Positions 10,766-21,957 of a stretch of DNA of 64,000 nucleotides are shown here, piece by piece. Under the pieces are notes generated by a model. That model made no database searches. It worked only from the letters and a program-made list of their open reading frames with translations, and was not told the DNA's origin. Both the position numbers and the translations under genes were made by a program. Numbering within the stretch: the stretch's first letter is position 1; each line of letters begins with the position of its first letter. This stretch comes from Deltaproteobacteria bacterium (GTDB taxonomy: Bacteria > Desulfobacterota > Deferrimicrobia > Deferrimicrobiales > Deferrimicrobiaceae): positions 13,501 to 77,500 of the forward strand of contig JAQBCN010000064.1 in the NCBI GenBank assembly GCA_032125195.1, written 5' to 3'.

Positions 10766-12148
10766 TCCGTCCTTCTCCTCCTCCCGCTCCTCGCCGCGTG
10801 CACCGGCGGAGGGCCGGGGAGCCCGCCGGTGCCGTCCAGCATCGCGTCGGTCCAGCAGGCGCTCGTCGCCGCCGTGGAGCGCTCCGTCCCGGCGGTGGTC
10901 AATATCCGCACGGTGACCCGCTTCACCCGCGGGACGCCGGGATCGGGGCGGCGGCCGGACGGCCGTTCGCCGGAGTATCTCGTGGACCTGCTCGAGGAGA
11001 ACGGCGGATTTCGCGAGAACTCCCTCGGGTCGGGGGTCATCATCGGAGAAGACGGACTGATCGTAACCAACGAGCACGTCATCCGCGACGCGGACGAGAT
11101 CGTGGTTCGTCTTTCGGATCGGAGCGAGTATCGGGCGAAGGTGGTCGGCGCGGACGTCCAGACGGACGTGGCCGTGCTGCGAATCCAGCCGTCCGGGAAG
11201 CTCCCGGTTGCGACGCTGGGCGACTCCTCCCGCCTGAAGGTCGGGGAGTTCGCAATCGCGGTGGGGAACCCGTTCGGTCTCGAGAGCACCGTGACTCTCG
11301 GCGTGGTGAGCGCGACCGGACGCAGCGCGGAACCGGACCTCGAGGGAGGGGACGATTTCATTCAGACCGACGCGTCGATCAACCCGGGAAACTCGGGGGG
11401 GCCCCTCCTCAACGCCCGGGGGGAAGTGGTCGGGATCAACACGGCGATGGTGACCGCTGGGCAGGGGCTCGGCTTCGCCATCCCGATCAACACGGTCCGT
11501 TCGGTGGAGCAGGACCTGGTCGCGCACGGGGCGGTTCGACGGGGGTGGCTCGGCCTGGGAATCCAGGCCCTCCCCCCGGAGCTCGCGGACGCGTTCGGAG
11601 CGAAGGGTGAAAAGGGGATCCTGGTGAACCGCATCGTTCCGGGCAGCCCCGCCGAGCGGGGAGGGATGCGGATGGGGGACATCCTCGTCGTGTTCGGAAA
11701 AACCCGCATATCGGGGGTGAAGGAGTTCCGGCGGCTGGTCGCCGGGACGGCGCCCGGTTCCCCGGTGACACTCGAGGTGCTCCGAGAGGGGAAACGGGTG
11801 GCGGCGACGGTTACTGTCGAGGAGGCGGAGAAGCAGGAGGAGGGGAGGCGTCCTCTCCCCCGTGAGCCGGTGGATCCCCTCGGGATGGCCGTGCGGCCCG
11901 TACCGAAGCAGCTGCTCCGGGAGATGGAACTCCACGGAGGCGTCGAAGTGACGTTCGTCGAGACCTCCAGCCCGGCGTGGGACGGTGGTGTCCGGGAAGG
12001 AGACGTCCTGCTCTCCATCAACCGGGAAACGGTTCGCGGCATCGATGAGTACCGGAAGGTCGTGTCGCGACTCCCCCGGGGGCGGCCGTCCTTCGCCCTG
12101 GTCTACCGGGAGGGTGTTCAGCTGTACGTGGCGCTGAAAAGCAGGTGA
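10697..12148 (+). CDS. htrA: HtrA/DegP-family periplasmic serine protease (trypsin-like domain plus PDZ). The start codon is uncertain
   Basis: GNSGGPL catalytic Ser motif, His/Asp regions and C-terminal PDZ domains. A lipoprotein-type signal is present (LLLLPLLAAC). Candidate starts are TTG 10697, inside repeat copy B, or ATG 10583, which would add ~60 aa of repeat-encoded sequence. Confidence 0.8.
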   Translation: MCPPFFLLRGYPSSAKLVLGRAPSVLLLLPLLAACTGGGPGSPPVPSSIASVQQALVAAVERSVPAVVNIRTVTRFTRGTPGSGRRPDGRSPEYLVDLLEENGGFRENSLGSGVIIGEDGLIVTNEHVIRDADEIVVRLSDRSEYRAKVVGADVQTDVAVLRIQPSGKLPVATLGDSSRLKVGEFAIAVGNPFGLESTVTLGVVSATGRSAEPDLEGGDDFIQTDASINPGNSGGPLLNARGEVVGINTAMVTAGQGLGFAIPINTVRSVEQDLVAHGAVRRGWLGLGIQALPPELADAFGAKGEKGILVNRIVPGSPAERGGMRMGDILVVFGKTRISGVKEFRRLVAGTAPGSPVTLEVLREGKRVAATVTVEEAEKQEEGRRPLPREPVDPLGMAVRPVPKQLLREMELHGGVEVTFVETSSPAWDGGVREGDVLLSINRETVRGIDEYRKVVSRLPRGRPSFALVYREGVQLYVALKSR

Positions 12149-12182
12149 GGAGGTTGTCCGACAGTGTCCCAAGGAGGAGTCG

Positions 12183-12449
12183 ATGGGAGTGGTGAAAGAC
12201 TCGGACGTGGCCCGTAGGATCGCCCGGGCGGTGGTCTCGGACATCGCGCTGTACAACGCGAAGAAGGTGGAGGAAGGGGTCCGGAACGACACCTTGTTCG
12301 ATCTCCTGAAGGGGGAGATCGAGGAGGGGCAGGGATACTACCTGAGCCGGGTCGACCCCGAGATCGCCAAGAGCACGAATTATTTCGACCAGGCTCTGGT
12401 GGATGTCCTGCTCAAGCCGTCCGGGCACATCCCCTCGAAGATCTGGTAG
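12183..12449 (+). CDS. Small hypothetical protein, 88 aa
   Basis: A strong AAGGAGG Shine-Dalgarno sits 5-6 nt before the ATG. The protein is acidic and mixed-composition (MGVVKDSDVARRIARAVVSDIALYNAKKVEEG...), unlike the R/G/P-rich products of spurious ORFs. No family recognised. Confidence 0.5.
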   Translation: MGVVKDSDVARRIARAVVSDIALYNAKKVEEGVRNDTLFDLLKGEIEEGQGYYLSRVDPEIAKSTNYFDQALVDVLLKPSGHIPSKIW

Positions 12450-12450
12450 C

Positions 12451-13407
12451 GTGCAGGAAGGGCCCAGAGGGACGCACCGGCTGACCGTTCCGGCCGACCG
12501 GGCGGGGGAGCGTATCGACCGGTACCTTCCGGAGGCGATCCCCGGGATCTCCCGGGCACGCGGGCAGCGGTTGATCGAGGAAGGGAACGTCCGGCTGGCA
12601 GGAGAAATCGTGCGTCCGTCGACCCGCCTGAAGGGCGGGGAACGGATGACCGTCGTCGTCCCTTCCCCCACACCGCTCGACATGATGGGGGAGGATCTTC
12701 CCCTCCACGTGTTGTATGAAGATGCCCATTTGCTGGTCGTCGAGAAGCCTGCCGGCATGGTGGTTCATCCCGCGCCGGGGCACTCCCGCGGAACCCTCGT
12801 GAACGCGCTCCTCGGACGCTCCGACACCTTGTCCGGGATCGGGGGCGTTTCCCGCCCGGGAATCGTCCACCGGCTGGATCGGGACACCTCCGGGGTTCTC
12901 GTGGTCGCGAGGACCGACGCCGCCCACGGGACGCTTTCCGCCCGGTTTGCCGCCCACGCGATGGACCGGAAATACCATGGGATCGTCTTCGGAGGTCCGC
13001 CTGCGGACAAGGGGACCGTGTCGACGCGGATCGGGAGGCACCCCGTCCACCGGAAAAAGATGGCGGTGCTGCCGGGAGGGGGACGGGAGGCCGTCACCCG
13101 CTACCGGAGGCTCGAAACGTTCGGCCCCTTCTCCCTTCTCGAGTGTACGCTGGAGACGGGACGCACCCACCAGGTACGGGTGCACTGCGCGTACCTCGGC
13201 TGTCCGATCGTCGGGGACGACGTGTACGGAAGGTCGCGGAAGGTTCCCCTCGGGAAGGAGACGTCCCCGCGGACGGTAATCCTTTCCCGCTTTCTCCTGC
13301 ACGCGTTCCACCTGGCGTTTCCGCACCCCGTCACCGGGGAACTTCTCTCCTTCACCATTCCCGACCCGCCGGAGTTCGCCGCCTTCCGCTCCGCCGTCGG
13401 CCCATGA
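12451..13407 (+). CDS. rluD: 23S rRNA pseudouridine synthase, RluA family (RluD-like)
   Basis: S4 domain plus HRLDRDTSGVLVVA catalytic motif. GTG 12451 lies immediately after the stop of the upstream small ORF; the alternative ATG 12403 would overlap it. Confidence 0.85.
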   Translation: MQEGPRGTHRLTVPADRAGERIDRYLPEAIPGISRARGQRLIEEGNVRLAGEIVRPSTRLKGGERMTVVVPSPTPLDMMGEDLPLHVLYEDAHLLVVEKPAGMVVHPAPGHSRGTLVNALLGRSDTLSGIGGVSRPGIVHRLDRDTSGVLVVARTDAAHGTLSARFAAHAMDRKYHGIVFGGPPADKGTVSTRIGRHPVHRKKMAVLPGGGREAVTRYRRLETFGPFSLLECTLETGRTHQVRVHCAYLGCPIVGDDVYGRSRKVPLGKETSPRTVILSRFLLHAFHLAFPHPVTGELLSFTIPDPPEFAAFRSAVGP

Positions 13408-14132
13408 ACCCCCTTCCCCACCTCGAGCAGTCTTCCCTGCTGCGTTCCGTGCCGGGGGTCTACCACGCCTTTCTCGGCGTGGATCCGGTGGAGGGGCGTG
13501 GGCGTCGCGAGAGGCTCCGGGAGGTCTTCTCCATCGCCCCGGAAACGGTCGGGACGCTGAAGCAGGTTCACTCGGCCTCCGTCCTTTTCTTCGAGCCGGG
13601 AGACGGGGATGTCCCCGGCGGGTGGAAGCGGGAGGGAGACGCCCTCTGGACGGAGGTCCCGGGGACGGGGGTGGGGGTCCACACGGCGGATTGCGTCCCC
13701 ATCCTTCTCGCCCACCGGGAGATCCGCGTCGCCGCGGCCGTCCACGCGGGGTGGCGGGGGCTCGCCGCCGGGATCGTCGAGGGGACGATCCGCGCCCTTG
13801 CGGCCCGATTCGGGGACGCCGCCGTGGAAGGGATCGTCGCCGTCGCGGGTCCCTGCGCGCGGGGATGCTGCTATGAGATCGGGGAGGAAACGGCGGAGGC
13901 ACTTCACGGTCTCCCCGGGGATGCTTCGCTCCTGAGGAAAGGGAGGTCGCCGGGGAAGTGGACCGCCGACCTGCAGGCGATCGCCCTCGCGGCGCTCCGG
14001 GGCGCCGGGATTCCCGCCGGACAAACGGAGGCGACGGGGCCCTGCACGATCTGCTCCCCCCGTTTTCACTCCTTCCGCCGCGAAAAATCGGCGACCGCCC
14101 GGCAGTTCAGTTTTCTTTACATCAGGGATTGA
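13404..14132 (+). CDS. pgeF: YfiH/PgeF (DUF152) laccase-domain purine-nucleoside enzyme
   Basis: 242 aa with HTADC, AVHAGWRG and a C-terminal Cys cluster. ATGA overlap with the rluD stop. Confidence 0.8.
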   Translation: MNPLPHLEQSSLLRSVPGVYHAFLGVDPVEGRGRRERLREVFSIAPETVGTLKQVHSASVLFFEPGDGDVPGGWKREGDALWTEVPGTGVGVHTADCVPILLAHREIRVAAAVHAGWRGLAAGIVEGTIRALAARFGDAAVEGIVAVAGPCARGCCYEIGEETAEALHGLPGDASLLRKGRSPGKWTADLQAIALAALRGAGIPAGQTEATGPCTICSPRFHSFRREKSATARQFSFLYIRD

Positions 14133-14157
14133 CGGGAGGGGCATTCCTGAGGTACTC
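14130..14157 (+). promoter_or_regulatory. Possible sigma-70 promoter at the start of the ~165-nt rho leader
   Basis: TTGACG-N18-TACTCT. Confidence 0.25.
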
Positions 14158-14299
14158 TTGTGCCTTCCGGACCAGATCAGCGTACATTCGGCGATAACCC
14201 ACCGCCCTTTGGAGTGCCTTCCGAGCGTTTATCCACCACGTTGAAGACGGTGGTTCCCGTTTGCCACAGGAGAATACCCATGTTTCCGGGGGAGAATGC

Positions 14300-15547
14300 A
14301 TGAACCTGAAAGAGTTGAAAGGAATGCGGATCGGCGATCTGACCGAGATCGCCAAAAAGATGAACGTCGACGGGGCCGCCGGCCTGAAAAAGCAGGAACT
14401 CATCTTCGCCATCCTCCAGTCCCAGACCGACCAGGAGGTGATCGTCTCGGGAGAGGGGGTCCTGGAGGTTCTCCCCGACGGTTACGGGTTCCTCCGCGCC
14501 CCCGACTCCAACTATCTCCCGGGTCCCGACGACATCTACGTCTCTCCCTCGCAGATCCGCCGCTTCGGCCTGCGCACGGGGGACACCGTCAGCGGGCAGA
14601 TCCGGGCGCCCAAGGGGGACGAGCGGTACTTCGCCCTCCTGAAGGTCGAGAAGGTCAACTACGAAGATCCCGAAATCAGCAAGGACAAGATTCTCTTCGA
14701 CAACCTGACCCCCCTCTACCCGCAGGAAAAGTTCACGATGGAGTACGCGCAGGACAATTACGCCACCCGGATCATCGACCTCTTCGCGCCGATCGGAATG
14801 GGGCAGCGAGCGCTGATCACCTCCCCGCCGCGGGCGGGAAAAACGGTCATCCTTCAGAATATCGCGAACGGCCTCACCAAGAACCACCCCGAAGCGGTCC
14901 TGATCGTGCTGCTCATCGACGAGCGGCCCGAGGAGGTGACCGACATGCAGCGCAGCGTCGTGGGCGAAGTCATCTCTTCCACGTTCGACGAGCCGGCGCA
15001 GCGCCACGTCCAGGTGGCGGAGATGGTCCTTGAAAAGGCGAAGCGCCTGGTGGAGCACAAGAAGGACGTGGTCATCCTGCTCGACAGCATCACGCGGCTC
15101 GCGCGCGCCTACAACGCCGTCGTCCCCCCGTCGGGGAAGGTCCTCTCCGGCGGCGTCGACGCCAACGCCCTCCAGAAGCCGAAACGGTTCTTCGGGGCGG
15201 CCCGGAACATCGAGGAAGGGGGGTCGCTGACCATCATCGCGACGGCTCTCATCGAGACCGGCAGCCGGATGGACGAGGTGATCTTCGAGGAGTTCAAGGG
15301 AACCGGCAACAACGAACTCGTTCTGGACCGGAAGATCGCCGAGAAGCGGATCTTCCCGGCCATCGACATCAACAAGTCCGGCACGCGGAAGGAGGAGCTT
15401 CTCCTCGAGAAGAACCTCCTCCAGCGTGTCTGGATCCTGCGGAAGTTCCTCTCCCCCCTGTCTCCGGCGGAGAGCATGGAGTTCCTCCTGGACAAGATCT
15501 CCAAGACCAAGACGAACAAGGAGTTCATCGAATCGATGAACGCCTGA
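14300..15547 (+). CDS. rho: Transcription termination factor Rho
   Basis: [23 protein letters not shown]..., with the RNA-binding OB domain and the Walker A motif in the ATPase region. Confidence 0.97.
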   Translation: MNLKELKGMRIGDLTEIAKKMNVDGAAGLKKQELIFAILQSQTDQEVIVSGEGVLEVLPDGYGFLRAPDSNYLPGPDDIYVSPSQIRRFGLRTGDTVSGQIRAPKGDERYFALLKVEKVNYEDPEISKDKILFDNLTPLYPQEKFTMEYAQDNYATRIIDLFAPIGMGQRALITSPPRAGKTVILQNIANGLTKNHPEAVLIVLLIDERPEEVTDMQRSVVGEVISSTFDEPAQRHVQVAEMVLEKAKRLVEHKKDVVILLDSITRLARAYNAVVPPSGKVLSGGVDANALQKPKRFFGAARNIEEGGSLTIIATALIETGSRMDEVIFEEFKGTGNNELVLDRKIAEKRIFPAIDINKSGTRKEELLLEKNLLQRVWILRKFLSPLSPAESMEFLLDKISKTKTNKEFIESMNA

Positions 15548-15570
15548 AACGGCGGAAAGGAATCGGAACG

Positions 15571-15780
15571 ATGAGGGAAAACATTCATCCGAAGTACGTC
15601 GCCACGACCGTGAAGTGCGCCTGCGGGAACACCTTCGAGACGAAGTCGCTCTTGGAGGAGATCAAGGTCGCCATCTGCTCCAACTGCCACCCGTTCTTCA
15701 CGGGCAAGCAGAAGCTGATCGACACCGCGGGGCGGATCGAGAAGTTCGAGAAGAAGTACGGCAAGGGGGCGAAGGCATAG
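15571..15780 (+). CDS. rpmE: 50S ribosomal protein L31
   Basis: 69 aa, MRENIHPKY...CACGNTFET...[10 protein letters not shown], including the Zn-ribbon form. Confidence 0.95.
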   Translation: MRENIHPKYVATTVKCACGNTFETKSLLEEIKVAICSNCHPFFTGKQKLIDTAGRIEKFEKKYGKGAKA

Positions 15781-15804
15781 GGCCCCGAAGGGGTCCTTAC
15801 GGCC

Positions 15805-16506
15805 GTGAACGTCTCCCTGCTCACGTGTACCCCCGACCCGGAGCGCGTCGTCGCGCTCGCGGCACGGCTGTGCTACTCCCCCGCGTCGATCGGAGAACTC
15901 CGGGAGGAGATCTCCCGGCGCGACGTGAGGAATCTCATCCGCCGGGTCCTCTCGATGGGGCATGCCTCCGTCCTCGAGCACGTGACCCTTACCTATGGCG
16001 TCGAGGGGATCTCCCGCGCCGCCTCGCACCAGCTGGTCCGCCACCGCATCGCCTCGTATTCCCAGCAGAGCCAGCGGTACGTCGCCGCGAAGTTCGGGTA
16101 TGTCACTCCCCCGACCGTCGCGGCTTCCCCCGGCCTGTCGGTCGAATATGAGCGCCACATGGCGGCCTGTTCCCGTCTCTACGCGAAATTGATGAAATCC
16201 GGCGTACCGCCGGAGGACGCGCGCTTCGCCCTTCCCAACGCGACGGAAACGAAGATCCTGATCACGATGAACGCGCGGGAACTGCACCATTTCTTCTCCC
16301 TGCGCACGTGCCGCAGGGCGCAGTGGGAGATCCGCGAGATGGCGAAGCGGATGCTCTCGGTCGCGAGGGAGCGGGCACCGCTGCTGTTCGAGACGGCGGG
16401 TCCCGGCTGCGTCCGGGGCCGGTGCCCGGAAGGGAAGATGAGCTGCGGCAAGCCGGCGGAAGTCCGCCGGGAGATCGCGGCCCTTGGGAAGGGGGTCGGC
16501 GCCTGA
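15805..16506 (+). CDS. thyX: Flavin-dependent thymidylate synthase
   Basis: ThyX signature [14 protein letters not shown] (RHRxxSxxxxSxR). Confidence 0.9.
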   Translation: MNVSLLTCTPDPERVVALAARLCYSPASIGELREEISRRDVRNLIRRVLSMGHASVLEHVTLTYGVEGISRAASHQLVRHRIASYSQQSQRYVAAKFGYVTPPTVAASPGLSVEYERHMAACSRLYAKLMKSGVPPEDARFALPNATETKILITMNARELHHFFSLRTCRRAQWEIREMAKRMLSVARERAPLLFETAGPGCVRGRCPEGKMSCGKPAEVRREIAALGKGVGA

Positions 16507-17453
16507 TGCCCCCGGAACCTGCGGAACTCGTTCTCGGCGGCCAGGCGGTCATCGAGGGCGTGATGATGAAGGGTCCGCTCGCGTACGCCGTCGCGGTGCG
16601 GAAGGCGAGCGGGGAGATCCGGGTCCGGGATTTTCCCCTCGTCGAATCGGCGGCGAGGAAGCGGATCGCGAAGATCCCCCTGGTGCGCGGGGTGGTGACG
16701 ATGGCGGCGATGCTGGCGATCGGGTACCGCGCCCTGCAATACTCGGCGGACGAGGCGATGGAGGACGCGGAAGGCGCTTCGGTCGATGCGAAGGAAGCGG
16801 GCGGAAGCGCGACGTCCGGGGGATGGGCCATGGCGGGCGCCATGGCGATGGCGCTCCTCCTGGGGGTCGGCCTCTTTTTCCTGATCCCCCTGTACGCGAC
16901 CCATCTTCTGGCCGGCCTCGTCCCCGCACTCCGGGGGTCGATCGCATTCAACCTCTCGGACGGGGCGATCCGGGTACTGGTCTTCGTCATGTACATCGTC
17001 GGGATCACCCGGATGAAGGACATCCGGAGGGTCTTCGAGTACCACGGCGCCGAGCACACGGTGATCAACGCCTACGAGGCAAAGGCGGATCTCTCGCCCG
17101 AAGCGGTGCGGGAGTACCCGCGCCTGCACCCGCGATGCGGCACCAGTTTCCTGCTGTTCGTCATGGTGATCAGCATCCTCGTCTTCTCCCTCATCCCGAG
17201 GGAGAGTTCCCTGCTGGCGAAGGCGCTCCTGCGGCTCCCGCTGATCCCGGCGATCGCAGGGATCTCCTACGAGGTGCTGCGGCTGTCGGCGAAAAAGACC
17301 CGGTCTCCCTGGTTCCGGGCACTCGTCGCTCCGGGGCTGTGGCTGCAGCGGCTGACCACCCGGGAGCCGGACCTGCCCCAGATCGAGGTTGCGATCGCGT
17401 CGTTCCGGCGCGTATTGGGGCCGCCGGGAGTGGAGGTCTCCCTTGTGGGATAA
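16506..17453 (+). CDS. DUF1385 (YqhQ-like) membrane protein
   Basis: 315 aa, ...[10 protein letters not shown]..., EYHGAEH. The start overlaps the thyX stop in a TGATG junction. Confidence 0.7.
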   Translation: MPPEPAELVLGGQAVIEGVMMKGPLAYAVAVRKASGEIRVRDFPLVESAARKRIAKIPLVRGVVTMAAMLAIGYRALQYSADEAMEDAEGASVDAKEAGGSATSGGWAMAGAMAMALLLGVGLFFLIPLYATHLLAGLVPALRGSIAFNLSDGAIRVLVFVMYIVGITRMKDIRRVFEYHGAEHTVINAYEAKADLSPEAVREYPRLHPRCGTSFLLFVMVISILVFSLIPRESSLLAKALLRLPLIPAIAGISYEVLRLSAKKTRSPWFRALVAPGLWLQRLTTREPDLPQIEVAIASFRRVLGPPGVEVSLVG

Positions 17454-18510
17454 GCTCGAATCGGTTGTTGCGCGGATCCCGGAGCTGGAACGTCTGCTGT
17501 CGGACCCGTCGGTCACGGGGAACCCGCGGGAGATGCAGCGGGTCGGGCGGGAGCTTGCCGACCTGCGCCCGGTGGCGGTGGCCCATGCACGGTACAGGAA
17601 GATCGAGCAGGAGCTCTCCGACAACCGCGTCCTCCAGGACGGCGAGACCGATCCCGCGATGAAGGCGATGGTCCGCGAGGAGATCGACCGACTGACCTTG
17701 GAAAAGGATCGTCTCGCCGAGGAGATCCGGTCACTGCTCGTCCCGAAGGACCCCAACGACGAAAAGAATATCCTCATCGAGATCCGCGCCGGCGCCGGGG
17801 GAGACGAAGCGTCCGCCTTCGCGGGAGAGCTTTTCCGGGCCTACGGGATGTACGCCGACTCCAAGCGATGGAAGGTGGAGATTCTCTCGCGCAGCGAAAC
17901 GGGGCTGGGGGGAACGAAGGAAGTGATCGCCATGATCGAGGGGCGCGGTGCGTACAGCCGCCTGAAGTACGAAAGCGGCGTCCACCGGGTCCAGCGCGTG
18001 CCGGCGACGGAGGCGGGGGGAAGAATCCACACCTCCACGGTGACCGTTGCGGTGATGCCGGAGGCCGAAGAGGTGGACGTCCAGATCCAGCCGGACGACC
18101 TCCGGATCGACGTCTTCCGCTCCTCCGGTCCCGGAGGCCAGAGCGTCAACACCACCGACTCCGCGGTGCGCATCACGCACGTTCCCACGGGGCTCGTCGT
18201 CCAGTGCCAGGACGAGAAGTCCCAGCTGAAGAACAAGGCGAAGGCACTGAAGATCCTCCGCTCGCGCCTCTACGACGCGGAGATGGCGAAACGACAATCC
18301 GAGCGGGCCGATCTGCGCCGCTCCCAGGTGGGAACCGGGGACCGCAGCGAACGGATCCGCACCTACAATTTTCCCCAGAGTCGCGTGACCGACCACCGGA
18401 TCGGGCTGACCGTGCACCAGCTCTCCGCCGTGCTCGACGGCGGGTTCGACCCCTTCATCGACGCCCTGACGTCCCAGGCCCAGGTCGAGGCGCTCCGCAA
18501 GACCGGCTGA
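17443..18510 (+). CDS. prfA: Peptide chain release factor 1
   Basis: GGQ motif ([12 protein letters not shown]) and the RF1 tripeptide region. Homology places the start at TTG 17443, giving (M)[15 protein letters not shown], 8 nt before the DUF1385 stop. Confidence 0.9.
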   Translation: MWDKLESVVARIPELERLLSDPSVTGNPREMQRVGRELADLRPVAVAHARYRKIEQELSDNRVLQDGETDPAMKAMVREEIDRLTLEKDRLAEEIRSLLVPKDPNDEKNILIEIRAGAGGDEASAFAGELFRAYGMYADSKRWKVEILSRSETGLGGTKEVIAMIEGRGAYSRLKYESGVHRVQRVPATEAGGRIHTSTVTVAVMPEAEEVDVQIQPDDLRIDVFRSSGPGGQSVNTTDSAVRITHVPTGLVVQCQDEKSQLKNKAKALKILRSRLYDAEMAKRQSERADLRRSQVGTGDRSERIRTYNFPQSRVTDHRIGLTVHQLSAVLDGGFDPFIDALTSQAQVEALRKTG

Positions 18511-18517
18511 GCGGGGG

Positions 18518-19375
18518 ATGCTTCTCTCGGAATTACTCACGATCTGCAACCGGGAGATGGCGGGCGTACGGGACGCCGCCCCCGGCGAGGCGGAGATCCT
18601 CGTTTCCGCGATCACGGGGATCCCCCGGGGTCGGCTCTTCCTTTCGATGGACGATGACGTCGGCGACGCTTCGGTGCGGCTGCTCCCGCTGATTGTGCGG
18701 CGCGGGGGCGGCGAGCCGCTGCAATACGTTCTCGGCGCCTGGGATTTCTTCGGAAGGGAGTTCCTGCTCTCCCCCGACACGCTCATCCCGCGCCCCGAGA
18801 CGGAGGGGCTCGCGGAACGGGCGGTGGCCGCCCTTCGACGTTCCCCCGCGGCGCGACCCATCGCGCTCGACGTGGGGACCGGGAGCGGGGCGATCGCGGT
18901 GACCCTTGCCGCGGAGGTTTCCACCGTCCGCGTCGTGGCCACCGACATTTCGCCCGGTGCCTTGCGGAAGGCGCGCGAGAACGCGGCGCGTCACGGCGTG
19001 CTGCACCGTGTCCTTCCCGTCTGCGCCGACCTTCTTTCCGCCTTGAAATGCGGGGTCCGTTTTGCTGTAGTGGTCTCGAATCCTCCGTACGTCGCCGAGG
19101 AGGAGTGGCTCCTCCTGCCGCCCGGGGTGCGCAACCACGAGCCGCCGGGGGCGCTTCTTGCCGGAAGGGACGGCCTGTCGGTCCTGCGGCCCCTGGTGGC
19201 AGCCGCCGCAGGTCTCCTGTCGCCCGGCGGGGAGCTCTGGTGCGAGATCGGCGCCTCGCAGGGGGAGGCGGCGTCCGCGCTGCCATGCGGTTCCCTGAGA
19301 CCGCTCGGGATCTTTCCGGACCTCGCGGGGCGGGACCGGTACATCGGCTGGAAAAAACCGGGACGGGGGCTCTGA
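18518..19375 (+). CDS. prmC: Release factor glutamine N5-methyltransferase (HemK)
   Basis: NPPY motif (VVVSNPPYV) and the SAM-binding site [10 protein letters not shown]. Confidence 0.9.
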   Translation: MLLSELLTICNREMAGVRDAAPGEAEILVSAITGIPRGRLFLSMDDDVGDASVRLLPLIVRRGGGEPLQYVLGAWDFFGREFLLSPDTLIPRPETEGLAERAVAALRRSPAARPIALDVGTGSGAIAVTLAAEVSTVRVVATDISPGALRKARENAARHGVLHRVLPVCADLLSALKCGVRFAVVVSNPPYVAEEEWLLLPPGVRNHEPPGALLAGRDGLSVLRPLVAAAAGLLSPGGELWCEIGASQGEAASALPCGSLRPLGIFPDLAGRDRYIGWKKPGRGL

Positions 19376-19377
19376 CG

Positions 19378-20649
19378 CTGGAAATCTTCGTAATCAAGGG
19401 GGGCAGGCGGCTTTCGGGGACCTGCCGTGTCTCCGGAGCGAAAAACGCCGTGCTGCCGGCCATGGCGGCGTCGCTTCTCGCGGAGGGACCGGTGGAAGTC
19501 GTCGGGGCGCCGCGGCTGCGGGACATCGCCACGTTCTCGAAGCTTCTCGGGATCCTCGGCGCGGAAGTCACGCACAACGGCGGCGGCCCGGACGGGGGCG
19601 AGGTGCTGAGGATCGCGCCAGGGGACGCCCGGAAGGCCGAGGCGCCCTACGAGCTGGTGAAGACGATGCGCGCGTCGGTCCTGGTCCTCGGGCCGCTTCT
19701 CGCCCGGCATGGACGGGCCCGGATCTCCCTGCCCGGCGGATGCGCTATCGGTGCCCGTCCGATCGACCAGCACCTGCGGGGGCTGGAGCTCATGGGGGCG
19801 AGAACCTCCCTCTCCGAGGGGTACATCGAGGCGTCGGCCGATCGCCTTTCGGGCGCCGCCGTCACGTTCGACATGAAGACCGTCACGGGGACGGAGAACC
19901 TGATGATGGCCGCCTCCCTCGCCGAGGGGACAACCGTCCTTTCGAACGCGGCGCTGGAGCCCGAGGTATGCGACCTCGCACGGCTGCTGCGCGCCATGGG
20001 AGCCGACATCGAGGGGGAGGGCACCGACGAGATCGTGATCCGGGGGGTCCGTTCCCTCCACGGGGCGCGCCACGAGGTGATGGCGGACCGGATCGAGGCG
20101 GCGACGCTGCTCCTGGCCGGCGCGATCACGGGCGGAGACGTGACGGCGATGGGGGCGGACGCCTCTTCGATGAACGCCGTCGTCGAAAAGCTCCGGAGGT
20201 CCGGGGCCGAAGTGGATTCCGTCCCCGGGGGGGTGCGCGTCCGCAGGGAGGGACCGATCCGCTCCGTGAACGTCAAGACCGCCCCGTACCCCGGGTTTCC
20301 CACGGACGTGCAGGCGCAGTTCATGGCCTACATGTGCCTGGGGGACGGGTTCAGCATCATTTCCGAGACGATCTTCGAGAACCGGTTCATGCACGTGGCC
20401 GAACTCCGGCGGATGGGTGCGAGGATCGACGTTTCGGGGAACACCGCCGCGGTGAAGGGGGTCCCGGCGCTTTCCGGGGCGCCGCTGATGGCGACCGACC
20501 TTCGGGCCTCGGCTTCCCTGGTGCTCGCGGGGCTGGCCGCGTCGGGGACGACCGAGGTGCTCCGGATCTACCACCTCGACCGCGGGTACGAGGCGCTGGA
20601 ACACAGGCTCTCCTCCCTGGGCGCCGATATCACGCGGGTGAAGGAATAG
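19378..20649 (+). CDS. murA: UDP-N-acetylglucosamine 1-carboxyvinyltransferase
   Basis: ...[27 protein letters not shown]... and the remaining EPSP-synthase-fold motifs. The start is ambiguous: there is no in-frame ATG, GTG or TTG between the prmC stop and the conserved N-terminus, so a CTG at 19372 or 19378 is possible. Confidence 0.85.
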   Translation: MEIFVIKGGRRLSGTCRVSGAKNAVLPAMAASLLAEGPVEVVGAPRLRDIATFSKLLGILGAEVTHNGGGPDGGEVLRIAPGDARKAEAPYELVKTMRASVLVLGPLLARHGRARISLPGGCAIGARPIDQHLRGLELMGARTSLSEGYIEASADRLSGAAVTFDMKTVTGTENLMMAASLAEGTTVLSNAALEPEVCDLARLLRAMGADIEGEGTDEIVIRGVRSLHGARHEVMADRIEAATLLLAGAITGGDVTAMGADASSMNAVVEKLRRSGAEVDSVPGGVRVRREGPIRSVNVKTAPYPGFPTDVQAQFMAYMCLGDGFSIISETIFENRFMHVAELRRMGARIDVSGNTAAVKGVPALSGAPLMATDLRASASLVLAGLAASGTTEVLRIYHLDRGYEALEHRLSSLGADITRVKE

Positions 20650-20661
20650 GAGGCGGGACGC

Positions 20662-21957
20662 ATGCGATGGCACCGGTCGGGAACGGCGGGATTCCGGGAG
20701 GCGCTTGGAAAGGCGGAGGTCCGGGGTTCCGCCGGCGCGGAGAAGGTGTCTCCGGTGGTCGGGGAAATTCTCCGGAAGGTTCGGGAGGGAGGCGACGCCG
20801 CGCTGGCGGAGTACACACGACGGTTCGACCGGTTCGACCCCGGGAAGAAGGGGTTCGCCATTCCCCCGTCGCAGATCGACGCGGCGTGGCGGCGCGTTCC
20901 GGCGGCGTTGCGTCGGTCCCTCGAACTGGCCGCGGAGCGGATTGAGTCGTTTCACCGGCGCCAGGTAGAAGGCGGGTTCGGGGTCTCCTTCCCGGGGGCG
21001 ACCCTCGGTCAGCGGGTCCTGCCGGTCGCCCGCGCGGGCGTATATGTGCCGGGGGGGAAGGCGGCGTATCCGTCGACCCTGTTGATGAACGTCCTCCCTG
21101 CCCGCGTGGCGGGGGTCCCCGAGGTTGTCGCGGCGTGCTCCGCCCCCGGCGGCAAGGTTCCGGATGTCGTCCTGGCGGCTGCCCGGATCGCCGGCGTTTC
21201 CACGGTGTACCGCATCGGCGGCGCCCAGGCGATCGCCGCGCTCGCCTACGGGACGGAGTCCGTCCCGCGCGTCGACGTGATCTCGGGTCCCGGCAACGCC
21301 TACGTCACCGAAGCCAAGCGCCAGGTCTTCGGCTCCGTCGGGATCGACATGCTCGCGGGGCCGAGCGAGCTGGTGGTGCTCGCGGACCGGACCGCGATCC
21401 CCGCCTACGTCGCGGCGGATCTTCTCTCGCAGGCGGAGCACGACGAGGATGCCTTCGTGGCGCTGGTGACGAATTCGCGCGAGCTGGCGCCGGCGGTGGA
21501 GCGCGAGCTGGCGCGGCAGGTTCGTTCCCTTCCGCGCCGCGCAATCCTGCGGATGTCCCTTTCCCTCGCCGAGGGATTTCTGACACGCTCCCTCGGGGAG
21601 TCGGTCGAGGTCGTCAACCGGCTTGCTCCGGAGCACCTGAGCATCGTGACCCGGGACCCGTGGAAGGACTTTTCGGGGATCCGCAACGCGGGCACCGCGT
21701 TTCTTGGCCCCTTCAGCCCGGTGGCCGTGGGCGATTATCTCGCCGGGATCAACCACACCCTCCCGACCGGCGGGGCCTCACGTTTTTCCTCTCCCCTCGG
21801 AGTTGCCGATTTCCTCAAGAAAATTAACGTGGTATCATATGAATTTTCAGCGCTCCGCTCCGATGCGCCGCATGTGGTGCGGCTCGCCCGGAAGGAAGGG
21901 CTGGCCGCGCACGCGGAGGCGGTCCTGATGCGGACCCGTGGAAAGGGGAAGCGGTGA
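20662..21957 (+). CDS. hisD: Histidinol dehydrogenase
   Basis: 431 aa, ...[12 protein letters not shown]... and the Zn-binding QAEHDEDA region. Confidence 0.92.
   Translation: MRWHRSGTAGFREALGKAEVRGSAGAEKVSPVVGEILRKVREGGDAALAEYTRRFDRFDPGKKGFAIPPSQIDAAWRRVPAALRRSLELAAERIESFHRRQVEGGFGVSFPGATLGQRVLPVARAGVYVPGGKAAYPSTLLMNVLPARVAGVPEVVAACSAPGGKVPDVVLAAARIAGVSTVYRIGGAQAIAALAYGTESVPRVDVISGPGNAYVTEAKRQVFGSVGIDMLAGPSELVVLADRTAIPAYVAADLLSQAEHDEDAFVALVTNSRELAPAVERELARQVRSLPRRAILRMSLSLAEGFLTRSLGESVEVVNRLAPEHLSIVTRDPWKDFSGIRNAGTAFLGPFSPVAVGDYLAGINHTLPTGGASRFSSPLGVADFLKKINVVSYEFSALRSDAPHVVRLARKEGLAAHAEAVLMRTRGKGKR

Noticed and set aside
18991-21756. 921-aa minus-strand ORF
   Set aside because: It is antisense to murA and hisD.
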